A DNA stretch of 64,000 bases from Paraspadella gotoi. Lineage: Eukaryota > Animalia > Chaetognatha. Below the pieces are notes generated by a model. That model was not told where the DNA came from. It saw nothing but the letters and a program-made list of their open reading frames with translations, and ran no database searches. The stretch lies in the NCBI GenBank assembly GCA_051294375.1, contig CM119265.1, forward strand, positions 9,558,339-9,622,338, given 5' to 3'. The position numbers and the translations under genes are program-made. This document shows positions 1 to 45,891 of this stretch, in pieces (the first letter of the stretch is position 1; each line of letters opens with the position of its first letter).

Positions 1-5207
<5,207 letters not shown>

Positions 5208-6357
5208 TTTGCAAGCGAGACCATTGAGTTTTCTTGCGTGCCTTCACCCTTTGAACGGACCGCTTTTTAGCTGAGTAAGAGGAAAATGTCACTAATTATA
5301 TTCGTAATTACCGAGGGAAGCCCGATTTTGACAAATTTATGAAAACTAACAAATTCGTTGCACGTTTAAAAAAAATTATATACTTGTATAAATCAAACAA
5401 AATTATGTAGTTGTTTTGATATTTTAATTAATGCATGTCAATCGTAAGTAATTGGTAATAGTAATTGGTTTCAGTGAATAGTTAAGGTTTAGAGAAAGAC
5501 ATGAAGATGTAGAATCTGAACTACAAAAGCGAAGGGAATCTTCGAATCTTCATGAAATTGGAAGTTTAGAAAATTTTTTTTTACTCTTCCTGCAAAATTG
5601 TTGAAAAAAAGATTACGTATTTCAAAACCAAAATAGGTCATTTTATACATGTAGGTCATTATCGATCAACATCGATTTTCGTATTCCTATCGTACATCTC
5701 GAGCGGGGAAAAAAGAATCTCAAGCTTCTATTGTCACCCAGTGGCAGATGGCCGAAAATTGGATGAGTTCCGTCCCATAGCACAGGGGATTTTTGTTCGT
5801 ACATGTCAAATATGCTGAATCCCCTGCGACGCTGCTGCTTCTAGATGGACGCATGATGCTTTAAATACGGTATTCAAAAACCAAATTAGGTAGTTGATGA
5901 TATAATTTTCAAGAGAGACTAATCTTAGCCAAAAAGGTGTAAGCCATGGGTAATGGGGTTCAAGAAATAAATTGTATAAATCTAGGACTACTACTAGCTA
6001 TAAACTAAACGGGACACACAGCCTTTTAACGCTGCGATAGTCGAGCATCTGAAAATTACCCTTAAGGGCATTCCTGGAAATTAATACACTGCAGAGGTCT
6101 ATGTGAAAGCGAAGGGCAAGGTTTTTCTTAAAGGGACCCATTGATAAAAATGATATCATAAGCTTAAGGGTCTATTATCAAAGGAATTTGAATAGTGAAA
6201 GTCATTAATATTTCTACTACTTTCCCAAATGATTATAAAAAAAATCATATGGTCAGAACCAGCTTAAATTAAAGGGTCAAACATTATGCTTTCAGCTTTT
6301 TACCTCTTTAATCATTTGGTCCCCTTAAAGAATTAACAGAAAATAAAGAATGGAAAT

Positions 6358-7205
6358 AGGGGGAGACTAACTCAGTAAGGTGGTTAAGAAATTGGATTAA
6401 GCACCTGCTCAAACGAAAATTTAGACATTTTTAAAGTAGAAATAAGTTTGAGTTTATTTGCAACAACGATTTTATTAGTACATAAGGACGTACATGTTTC
6501 GGCTTTAGTTACAAGCCTTCTTCAGCGTCATAGAGAAAAATTAGAAAACAATTTTTCTCTATGACGCTGAAGAAGGCTTGTAACTAAAGCCGAAACATGT
6601 ACTCCTTATGTACTAATAAAATCGTTGTTGCAAATAAACTCAAACTTATTTCTACTAATCCAAACACAACGAAAAGAAAGGAAAGTCGCTATGACATTTT
6701 TAAAAAAATTTGAATAGACAAATTTTTTTTATATTACTCCATACTCAATATATTAATTTTTAAATATTTATTTATAAATAGGAAAGGCTAAAAATTTTTT
6801 TTTGATTTTTTGATTTTAAGATCAGATTCAGGTAGCTTGCAAAAAGTTGTCTACACAAAGTATAATTCTTTTTTCGATATTTTAATCATAAGTATGTGAA
6901 AAATATGAAAAACTATTTATAATCATCATCATCATCATTTTTCGATAATTTTATTACTTTTTCTTAATTTTGACCAAGAAAACATAAATATTTTGGAAAG
7001 TTGTAGTTAAATTTTTTATTTAACTTTTTATGCTCTATCAGAATCCATCAAAAAAAGTTAAGATTGATTAAAAAAAATTTTTATCATTATATAGTAATAT
7101 TGTAATTTTAATAGCAACAATAAAAGCATTAAAATCGAACTTTTTTAAAAAATTCTTTTTTTACCTAAAAGTAGACTTCAAGAATAAAGTTTTGAACCCC
7201 CGCCC
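6358..7205. mobile_element. Non-autonomous DNA element (MITE-like), same family as 34815-35425 and 30995-31779
   Basis: Shared blocks 'tgctcaaacgaaaattta', 'aaaagttgtctacacaaagtataattctttt' and 'tatgctctatcagaatccat'. The right boundary is approximate. Confidence 0.65.
6436..6692. mobile_element. Penelope-like inverted-repeat insertion with two oppositely oriented hammerhead ribozymes
   Basis: Near-perfect palindrome with arms of about 105 bp (6435-6656), then a 'cacaacgaaaag' tail. Flanked by a 12-bp direct repeat GACATTTTTAAA (6424-6435 and 6693-6704). Confidence 0.8.
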
Positions 7206-7399
7206 CTATTGAATTGAATTTCATAGTAGATTTCTAATGGAAAAGGCTAATTTTTTTTAAAGAAAAAAATTAAAAGAATTTAGATATTTTTTTTAATATT
7301 TATTATTATGTTATATTAATATTTGGATAAAAATTAAGGTTATGATAAAATAAAGTTAAAATAAAATTAAGAATAATTATAAATAAACTAAAAAAATAA

Positions 7400-7648
7400 A
7401 TTGAGGTTAAAATAAGTTAAGGGTAATTTAAGGTTAGGGGTAAATTAAGGTATGGGGTAAGTTAAGGTTAGGGGTAAGTTAAGGTTAGGGGTAAGTTAGA
7501 GGTAAATTAGAGTTAAGGGTAAATTAATATTTGGGGTAAATTAGGGTTAAGGGTAAATTTAGGGTAAATTAAGGTTAAGGGTAAGTTAGGGTTAAGAGTA
7601 AGTTAGGGTTAGGGGTAAATTAAAATTAAGGGTAAATTAAGGTTAAGT
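7400..7648 (+). repeat. Degenerate telomere-like minisatellite (ttaggggtaa(a/g) / ttaagg units)
   Basis: Visible tandem TTAGGG-related units. Confidence 0.75.
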
Positions 7649-7704
7649 TTTGTAGTCGGGCATTGCCTAGGTTCACCCCGCCTATAAGCATGACTCTTTC
7701 AGTT

Positions 7705-7945
7705 GTGACCCGGTGGCTCATTGAATAAAGCCATCAGCTCATGACCACTAGGTACCAGGTTCAAACCCAACCCGGTACCTACCCTGTGGGAAGAGTGAGG
7801 ACGGCCGTAAGCCGCTTTGGGGGTGTGGCAAACCCTCAAGCCTGGTTCCAAGCCCAGGACCCGTTCCATGGCTACTAAAGGGGGTTATAGAAGTTACGGA
7901 TAGTCATCTTCAGCCCACTTAGCGGCTTATCCACAGTTTCAGCTT
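7705..7945 (+). mobile_element. tRNA-derived SINE-like element
   Basis: A-box-like TGGCTCATTGAA and B-box GGTTCAAACCC at tRNA spacing, followed by a GC-richer body. It does not form a complete cloverleaf. Confidence 0.55.
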
Positions 7946-8699
7946 AAATATATAATAATTTAAAATTTTAAAAAATAATATTTTAATATTAATAAATTTA
8001 TAAAAAATATAATAATATTTAAGGAAAAACAATAGTTTTTTATGGCAGAAGCAATCTAATTAACTATATAAGTTTGTTGGACATTCTCTCTCACCAACTC
8101 GTGTTTGTGAACCAAAGATTTTATTTAATCAAATTGCTGATGAAAACTCGAAAAACAAAACAATAAATATGTCCAATTAATATTATTTATTAAATCGTTG
8201 TTTCTGCTATTAAAAACTATCTTTTTTCCTTAAATAAAAAAATACAACGAAAAAAAAAAATAATGCATAATATTTTTTTAAATTTTTTTAAAAATTAAAA
8301 AGAATCTAAAAAAAAAATTTCGCCCGTGTAGCTTATCAGCGTTTTTAATATCATTGTTGTTACAGTTATTGTTCTTTTCCGTAAAGAAACAAACTTTATT
8401 TTTTCATCTTCTTTCTCTTCGTTTTCCCATGAGGCTCCCGAGCGTATTAAAATTCAGGATCGCCCCAATGGCATGCAATAAAACCGTGACAGAGTAAACG
8501 TCTATTAACTGCTTAAAGTTGACTAATTTGTAATTTAACTTCTGATGTAACTTCTGACAAGGATCTTTCAAAATAGAGACAGAAAGGTCATACAGGAGAC
8601 GAACTCCAATGGAATATACTGACGGTTTTTATTCCCCAGCCACTCGGACACATTTGTCACAGTATCGCCCCAGGATGAGGACCGGTCGACCATAAACGG

Positions 8700-9310
8700 A
8701 CTAGCGTTCTTCCCGCCAATAGAACTCACCTAGGCCCGCTCCGATGGGTCAATGTTACACTTTTAATCCGTGTAAACGTGCGTCTCGCTGGGGAGACGAC
8801 GAATTTCCCGTAGAATTTGAGAAGAATTTCGTCCTTAAATTTCACAGAAATGGCGTCGGTTCCTCTCAGTTACAAACGTATAATTTATGTTAATGAGGCG
8901 TGAGACCTCTCGTCACTTCCGCCCTTGCATCGGCGACGATGATTGGGCCAAATATCCAACTCGATCGAGGATTGGCCCGCAGCATCGAAGGATTTGAGTC
9001 GCTCTTAGCTTCTCTCTGATTGGTCCACCGAGGCAGACGGGATTCGGATTGGTGGATTTCGTCTTGGCGACTCATCGGTGCAAGGAGGGACTCTCAATCG
9101 GCGAAACTCTACGCACCTCTCATCGAGAACGAGATCTTTTGTTGGTCTTTGTCTCACCGACGCATCGAGGGAGAATCCAAGACATTTTTCTCCTCAGATG
9201 GCGTCGTCGTCGGGGATGATGAGAGAGGGAGGAGATGCATGTGAGAGAGAGACAGAGAGAGAGAGAGCCCGCTTCAGGAGCTGTGCCAGAGTGGTATCGA
9301 AGGTGGTTTC
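8700..9310. promoter_or_regulatory. Probable bidirectional promoter for PRRC2 and MAP2K1/2
   Basis: CpG-rich island between divergent genes. It has several CCAAT boxes (gattgg at about 8941, 8970, 9018, 9047), YY1-like ATGGCG motifs and an ETS-like CACTTCCG. Confidence 0.55.
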
Positions 9311-9693
9311 ATTACCTTTGCGTCATGAACGCGGCAGCTGCCGATCCTGACGTTGAAAAAAATCGCGGCTGCATCAATGACGTTTCTGGCTCAAGGCCGG
9401 CATAGAGTTTCTTTCGTCGTTGCTTTTTATCTAGTTCATTAATAACTCGACTTATCGTGACGAGTCTGGGATCATGAGTGGACTCTCTTCGCGGGTCGCC
9501 CAAACCTTGAGCTTCGATCGGAACTTGGCGATAGCGTGAATGAAGAAGAGATCCAGAGAGGAATTCTGATATCTTTTTCCAGTGAGCGATGTGAAACTTC
9601 GTTAATTCCTATCAATGATACAATGGAAAAAAAATTGAAACTAATTTAAATGAAATGGAATTTTTTGGCAGCTATAGCGACTGCGGCAAAAAG

Positions 9694-11757
<2,064 letters not shown>

Positions 11758-12881
11758 TCGATGGCCCCGATTTATGAACGAAAAATATTCATCTTTTGCT
11801 TTGCCGCGTGGGTGTGCATTTTTAATCAAAACGTTTGCGTATAATCTGAAGGTTTTCACCTCATTCCAACTGACGCCCTACGCTTAATTATACATCCTCA
11901 GAATTAAAAAAAATTGGTTGCCCTTCCCACTACCCAGCTCTTGCCCTTTTCCCTTACTTAAACAGCTTGTCAGACATTCGAAATATTAACACGAAGTCTG
12001 TAGTCAGTTATTCAGTTACCCGACCTGAATAGCGATATTTTTTCATGTTAACTCCTACCCTTTTATGTGTCTTTTTCGATCTCTCTTACTCAAGTCATTT
12101 TTGTCAACCCTTTGTTATATCAACTCCTTATAAAAATTTTTCACTCGTCGTTTGTTACTGTTCTGTTGATTAATGATATTTTAAAAACAATGCAAAATAA
12201 CTGTACATTGGAAGTGTTAGAATTGTTCAACAAAGAGATACGAGTCGTAAGATTCGTGAATGCTTTCATGGAAATTAGAAATTTTGCTTGGATAAAATAT
12301 TATATTTTTACTTTGTTTTAGTCATTTATTGTCATTGAATTCAGTAAGACAGTTTACGTACTTACTAATTATCTGGCAAACTGAATATCCTTCATAAATT
12401 GGCGAAACTCAAAATTTATACGTTGGCATCATGGGGTATTATTTCCAGATCGAGCTTATTTTAATTAATACTAATGCCTATTGTAGACAAAACCCTAAAA
12501 AAAGAAAAGCATTATAAACATACGGTGGCTAAAATGAACAGTATGTACAGTTTAAATTTTTAGGAAAAAACCCAACAAAACCGCGAGATAAATGTAGAAC
12601 AACAGATCGATGTCGATTATTAGGTACGCAAGTGACATTTTTTATCTTTGAAATTGTACCCTTATGAACCATTTTAAAACGATTCAGAAAATCAACCAAT
12701 TTATGTATAAGAGTATGTATAAAAGTAATCAATAAAGCATTTTTGATATAAAATTATAGGTCTGGGGAAAAGACAATATTCTCCACATTGTATTTTGCAT
12801 CGATCTGTGTATATGATATAATCGATTGTCAAAACCTAACCATATTATGAGTCACTAATATAAAAGTGTCTTGCAAGATGC

Positions 12882-39469
<26,588 letters not shown>

Positions 39470-40347
39470 TTTTCGCTTTAGTTTTTAGAGAAGTCGATTG
39501 GATACATTTTTTGGGTCCTTTGTTTTTTTAATATCATCAATTCCCGACGTCGTCCAAAATCCAATGAGCTAAAATTTGTAAAAAAAGGACGAAAATCAAC
39601 AACTCGGTTTTTTTTTAATTTGTAGGTGAATTACTGATTCGAATCAGTGATTCACTGCTCACACAGGTTTCTGTTGAATAGGGTTTTGAAAAAAAAGAAT
39701 AATACGCTAATAAAATAAAAATTATTTTAGGTGATGTGGAAAAGTTCTTAGTGTCGAACAGGTAACAATCCCTAGTTATTCTCATTGAGTTCGAAAGCAA
39801 ACAAAACCGAGGAAGACACGATTTGCATTCTCCCTGAGAAAAGAATTTTTCTCGTCCTCGGATTATGAGAAGATGAAAAATTATCGTCTTCGTTAAACTT
39901 TAAGGGATTTTCGAAATGATTTCGGAACGGGGGTGAAAGACGATTCGCGTATTTGTAAAAGTCGATTTAAATTAAAAGTCTTAATAGGAGAAAACGAGGC
40001 TCGAGCATTGAGACGCAATGCATTTTCTCTTTGCAATTTACGAAACTTGCTACTGACTTTTTTACTTCGTTTCATCCCCGAAATCACAAAATGGAAGAGT
40101 TTAGCAGAACCGAGAACCCCCCCCTCTTAATTTTTTTGGAAGATTCCAGGCAGGGAAGCAGCGGGGTAGGCAGGGACGCGGCGGTGAAGGCAGGGGTGCA
40201 GCGTCGTTTCGCCGCCGCAACCAAAGCGAAAACGGGATCGACTTGGTACGAATTGTTTGAGTCTCATCGCAACTTTTTCTCTTTTTCGCTCTTTGCTTTT
40301 TTTTACCTTTCTCTTTGCAAGAAAAAAAACGGCGGCGATGCTTTTTT

Positions 40348-40399
<52 letters not shown>

Positions 40400-40400
40400 A

Positions 40401-40439
<39 letters not shown>

Positions 40440-41509
40440 TGAACTTAAATTCTTTTTCCATCTTCCTCCCAATACCGAGTTAAGGAGAGAGAAATGCTAC
40501 TCTTGAAATGGTGATCGATTTACCGATTTCACGTTTGAAAGATTGATCAAGATTAAAATACGTCATTATCATTAAAATATGTGGACGAAAATAACAAAAA
40601 TTGGAAAAATCAGTTTGTTGTCTCCAAGTGGAGAAAGTCGAAAAAAAGGGATGACGTGATTTTCAAAAAGTTGGTCAAAGTATCAACACTAAAACGGAGA
40701 GCCGCTCCAGATTTAGATCCCGGTTCGTGAAATTTCGTAAAAATGATTATATACTGTAGACAAATTTCTTTTTTTTTTAATGATAAGTGATGAAAGGAAT
40801 CAGCTGTATGTATACATATATTTTTTTCATTTTTTGGGGGTGGGGGTGGTGGACTGATATTGTAATATTTCGAAATAGGCACATGAGAGATCGGTAATCT
40901 TAGAGATAGATTTACCCGAGAAAAAAATAAGACAACAGCCGCGTCCTCAATTCACGCGAGAGTTTTTTTGGTGTCAAGTTGAGATCCTTTTCGATTAAGC
41001 TAGCTTCCCCTTTAGGAACGATATTTATTTACGATTACAGGAACCTATTTCATTTCGTTAATTAGAATATTTTATATTTCATGATGCCGAGAAATAATAT
41101 GGTTACAAGCCCAATGCTGTGAGATTTGTTAAAACATTGAACCGTGTTTAAACCTCCGTCAAGAGCAAGAAATTAGAGGCACCATTAACCTATATATATA
41201 TATAACTTTTACAGAATTCACGAAAACACAAATCACATACGTATCAAAGTTACTCAACAAAATGAAAGCCGTTTCAATTTGTCGACTTAATCCTGATTCG
41301 AACAAAAATAACCAGAGAACAAATTTTTATCGGATTAACTTTTTAATCATGAGCTCAACTCGGGATTCGCGAATCTCCGAGCGTTGTTCTTATGTTCGAA
41401 CATTAAAAAAATCAACCAATCGTAACTACTAGTAGGTAAGTCCGTCTGAAACTAACTCGCCATTCACCAATGGGGTTTAAATTACCTTTAACGCCAATCG
41501 TTTTTATGT

Positions 41510-41581
41510 GGGGATATAGCTCAGTGGTAGAGCATTCGACTGCAGATCGAGAGGTCCCCGGTTCAAACCCGGGTGTCCCCT
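41510..41581 (+). tRNA. tRNA-Cys(GCA)
   Basis: GGGGATATAGCTCAGTGGTAGAGCATTCGACTGCAGATCGAGAGGTCCCCGGTTCAAACCCGGGTGTCCCCT. Confidence 0.96.
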
Positions 41582-41675
41582 TGTTTTTAAAAAAAAATTA
41601 TTTAACGGACAACAATTTTTCAGTCATTCCGCAATTTATCAGCCATTTTCAAAAGTTTATTACCAATGTTCATAT

Positions 41676-41747
41676 GGGGATATAGCTCAGTGGTAGAGCA
41701 TTCGACTGCAGATCGAGAGGTCCCCGGTTCAAATCCGGGTGTCCCCT
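41676..41747 (+). tRNA. tRNA-Cys(GCA), tandem copy
   Basis: One nucleotide different from the first copy, followed by an oligo-T terminator. Confidence 0.96.
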
Positions 41748-42401
41748 TTTTTTGTAAGGTCAAATGTATTTATATGGGAATTCATCGAGTTTGATTTATG
41801 GTCCAGCTTTGCTGTTTGAATTACATTAGATTATTTGATTTTAATTCTCATGCTCAAGATGTCTGGACACTTCGGCAACATTTTTGTTCGTTATCTGCTG
41901 TTTTCCTTTCATACTTAACTTTAGAAATGCTAACTGAAATAAATGGACTTATTTTCAAAGTTACCATTGATACTCGATCTCGGCATCTTTCACAAAAAGA
42001 ATTCTCAGAACTGCCTTCACGAGAAAAATTATTTTCTGACTCCGCTCTACAAGATTGCTGACAAAACTTTCAAAGAAGATTCAACTATATTTTTAAACAA
42101 ATTCGTTACGATAGAGATATGGATTAATTGATTGATTGCTACAACGCAATCTCTTAGCAAATGTGTACAATAATTGTTTAATAAATAAATATAAAACGAA
42201 TAAAATGAAACAATCCGAAGAATATTGAGACAAAATCGATGTAAACTCGAGCAAAGACAATTTAAACAAACTCCTTATTTTGCGAGTGACGAGAAAATAC
42301 AAACGAGTCAATTTTGAAAAAAAAAGTGATAATTTTTAATAAATTTTATTTTTCAGAAGAGGTTTTAATAAAAGCAAATGATTCGATCTCTCTTTTCTCC
42401 C

Positions 42402-42771
42402 TCACCGCTTTTTCTTCTTATCCCACTTGGCCTTTTGCCCTTTCTTGCCCTTCTGTTCCCCCGGCGCTACTTCCGGCTTCTTGACGACAGATTCCGACGA
42501 ATCGAGCAGCAAATCTCGATCGATCTCCTCGTCGCTGATGGGCGGTAAGAAAACGACCGCTAGGAGGCAGATCAGCATGAAAATTGCGCCAAGGAAGAGG
42601 CCCGCGTGCATCGCTGGGGATGGAGAAGAAGGGAAAGGTTTACGCTTACGCTTTCGAGCTCAAAGGTAATGTTATCTAATCAAGCCTACTCTTATCTCTA
42701 ATCGCACCTTTGTCCTGCCACGTCTCCTCCAATTCCACGTAAGGCGGAAGTTCGATATCCGGCGAAGCCAT
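42402..42771 (-). CDS. MANBAL: MANBAL-like (UPF0239) small membrane protein, exons 42771-42708 and 42613-42402
   Basis: 'MASPDIELPPYVELEETWQDKAMHAGLFLGAIFMLICLLAVVFLP...KKKKR' contains the GLFLGAIFxLIC signature and a basic tail. Confidence 0.85.
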
Positions 42772-43032
42772 TTTATTTAAATATAATATATATAATTCGT
42801 TTCTATTCAGACTTAAATATGGCAGAATAATTAGTATTAGTTCTCAAAACCGATTAATCAAAAAATATTAAGACGAGAAAACAAATACATGTAATGACGT
42901 TAAATTGCACCAAGATAACGATTCTAAACTGGCAAGTCGGAAACTGGGGGGGGGATGGAAACACCCAGCGTTATTTAAAAAATAAAGTCCGACATTTCCT
43001 CTCCTACGCCCCCGCCCCCCCACTTCCTCGGT

Positions 43033-45521
43033 TCACTCCAACTCGTGCTCCCGAGCTGATCCTCCCAAGGAGTCCGCCGAGGCCGCCGCGGCCGCCTTTT
43101 TCCTGGTGCCGAAGTCGAAGTCGTGCGCCCAGAAGAACTCGATCGAATCGCCGTCGTCCATCCCCGTCGTGTTGGGGGTGTCGTCGTCGTTAATTCGATT
43201 TCCGTCGTAGAGGAATCGGCAATACTGTTTCTCGTCCTCCCGGATGTGGAACTGGAAGTTTCGGGGACAAGGGGTGTGTTAGTGGAGGATCTTTAATTGA
43301 TGGTGGTTGCTGTGGAACGTGTATATTTCAGATCGATCACTGTCCAGTGCCAAGGCCCAACCTTTTCCGCGTAGGCGCATTTCAATTTCTTCAATGGAGT
43401 GCATCTTTTCATTTTGAAGGCGGCGGTGTCGCCGGTCATGTCGGTAACGTTGAGGCTGATCGCTTCCGATTTGATCTTCAACGAAAAGAAGAAAAATGAA
43501 ATGTCGACGTCAATGATAATTTTTAAATTATTTCCGGGAAAAACGGAACCTTGAGTATCCGGTACTTGACCAAGTCGTTATCTTTAATGTTTACGCTCTC
43601 CAGTTTGGCGTCGACATTGTGGAGCTCGTTGCCGTCGGGAGATAAAAATATGATGGATGAAGGGGGAACGGCTTGAAATGTCGGGGGCAGTTGGTGGGAG
43701 ACCTGAAAATGAGAAAACATTACTTTAGCTGGCTCCGCAGGGTAAGTCTGCCCAAAACTGCCAACGTACTGCCCACCTTCGTCTGCAGATGCCCCACGGT
43801 GGCGCCGGGGTGCATCCGCAAGGTAAGCCTATTCCCGTCGCTAGAGTCCGATTCCGGACAAACATAAAAGGTCGTCATGACGACGATCTTCAACGAGGCT
43901 TCGTCGAGGAGCTCCACCTCGATGTCGTCCATGTTTATTTGGCTGAAGGAAAGAATTAGGAATGAAATGAAAACAATGAATAATAAATTATTAATAATAA
44001 TACTATTTTTAATACCTCTGGACTAGTCCTGCATTGCACATCCGTCGAAAGGCCCCGTCCTTCATGTCGAATTCGACGAGAATATTGTCCTGAGGAAGCG
44101 CCATCACTTCCGCAAATCGAGCCTTCAGATCGCGAACCTTGGGAGTAGGAGAATTATTTTGGTAAAACGAGACATTTTACACGTTTACAAGTCAAACAAA
44201 CCGACCCAATACCTTCATTCCTTCATCCTTGGCAACGGAATAACGACCCATTTTAGATGAAGTCGCCGTTAACACATCGACGAGCTTTCGTTTTCTGTAA
44301 ATGGCGAAATAAAAACGTATACGTTTGCAATTACAATTCGTTAACGTAAACAAAGAAAAATTACAATGCGTAACAAATGAATCAAATAATTAATGAGAAA
44401 ACCTGGAGGGAAAAAGACTCCGTCTCGGCACCGAAGGAGAACAGGCTGCGTCGAAGGCGACGTCGAGGAGTTCCTCTTTGGTGAGGAGTCCGGAAGAGTC
44501 GACGCGCGTCGCCAGGAAATCCAACGTCATCGTGGGGAAACGGAGGTGGTGCTTGAGCGAAGACCGGACGGCGGACAAAGCGTCGGGCAGTGGGACTTCG
44601 CTGCACCAACTATACGTTAACGTGAAAGTTGAGGTAAAGTATTTCCGTTTAAAAATTATTTGATAAAACCTTAGAAAAAACTCGAAGAGGGCCTCTTCTT
44701 CGACGGGCAACTGGTCCATCGCCAACACGTCGTTCATTAGCTCCTTGCCGATCCGCCTCCACAGACGCGGATCCTCGAAGAGTGGCTTGCTGTGGGCGAC
44801 CATGTTGAGGCACTTTAGCACGAGCTGGTGAAAGTCGAACCGGCGGCCGATCTCGAAGTGCTCGGGCAGGTTGTTTTGATCGAGGGTGCGGATGAAAAAG
44901 TCCTCCAGGTCCCGCGAGAGGCGGCGACATTCGTAGTCCCTAAAAAGAGCGAAACGTGCGATGATCGGAAAAGCGAAGGGGCTTCCTTCTCAGCCTTTGA
45001 CAGACGACACCGACCTCGACAACTCCAACAAGCCCGAGGCAACGGAAGCGGAAATATCTTCGCCACTTTTGACAAAGTAAATGTACTCTAGAAAAAACTT
45101 GAAAGCGTCACGAGAGACGCCGTTTTCGAGAGAGATCACGTGATGAGCGTAAGGAGACGAGGAGGAAGAAGGGGAGGAGCGTTTCGAAGATGGGGTTTGA
45201 GAAATTTTGAGATCAAGGACCGGGGCGAGTTGCTCGTGGAATCGTCGGTTGAGGCCCATCAGGGCGAGAGAGTGAGCGAGTAGGGGCTCCACAGGAGCAC
45301 CGTTGGCTGTTCGGGAGGAAAAAAAATTGGCAAGGGTTTAAAAAAAAACATTAAAAGAATGTTTTTTAGATTCGCTTAATCTCTAAACTACCTTTCCTCT
45401 TTCCTCCGCCCTTGAATCGAAACTCGACGTCGGTCAAACTTTGGCCGAATCGCCACAAGACGGGAAGAAAGTCCGAAGCCTTCTCTACCTTCAACTGCCA
45501 CGGAATTTTGAAGGGCTCCAT
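43033..45521 (-). CDS. BTB-BACK protein with two ubiquitin-like segments and a C-terminal SUMO-like domain (about 10 exons)
   Basis: BTB 'LTDVEFRF...AHSLALM...AFKFFLEYIY' and BACK 'VEEEALFEFFLRW...HLRFPTMT'. UBL-like 'MKVRDLKARF' and 'ATVGHLQTKV...LESVNIKDNDLV'. SUMO-like 'FKMKRCTPLKKLKCAYAE...RFLYDGNRINDDDTPNTTGMDDGDSIEFF'. Junctions from BACK to the stop codon were checked and are in phase. Confidence 0.8.
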
Positions 45522-45891
45522 GCTTAAATGCTTTTTTTTATCTGAGAAACTGATCAAAATGATACAAAGCATAAAGATGTAATTGGAGCAAATACCTTTG
45601 AATAAAATGAGTGAAAAAAAAGGGATTGGGCACGCGGCGACTTAAGATTAAGACCAGACAAGATCTATAAAAGGGGAAAAAAAACTGGGGGCTGCTTGAA
45701 ATTTCACGCCGATAGAAAAAAGGCGGATGTTATCTAATCTGTAGTAATTCCGCGGATAGTACGTCTTCGGACGATCTACGTCTTAAAAGGCGTAGAAAAA
45801 CAAAACGCCTTCCAATTCGGAAGTATTGGAAAAGCGTGGGACTACGCTAGTGTTTCAGAGACGCGAAAGCCAGGATGTTTTCTTCCAAATC

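Noticed and set aside
7705-7775. A tRNA gene (also considered at 28310-28385)
   Set aside because: Only A/B-box-like motifs are present, without a proper cloverleaf or terminator, so a SINE head is more likely.
43033-43481. A stand-alone SUMO gene
   Set aside because: It has no start exon of its own and no canonical C-terminal di-Gly, and it joins in phase to the upstream UBL and BTB exons.
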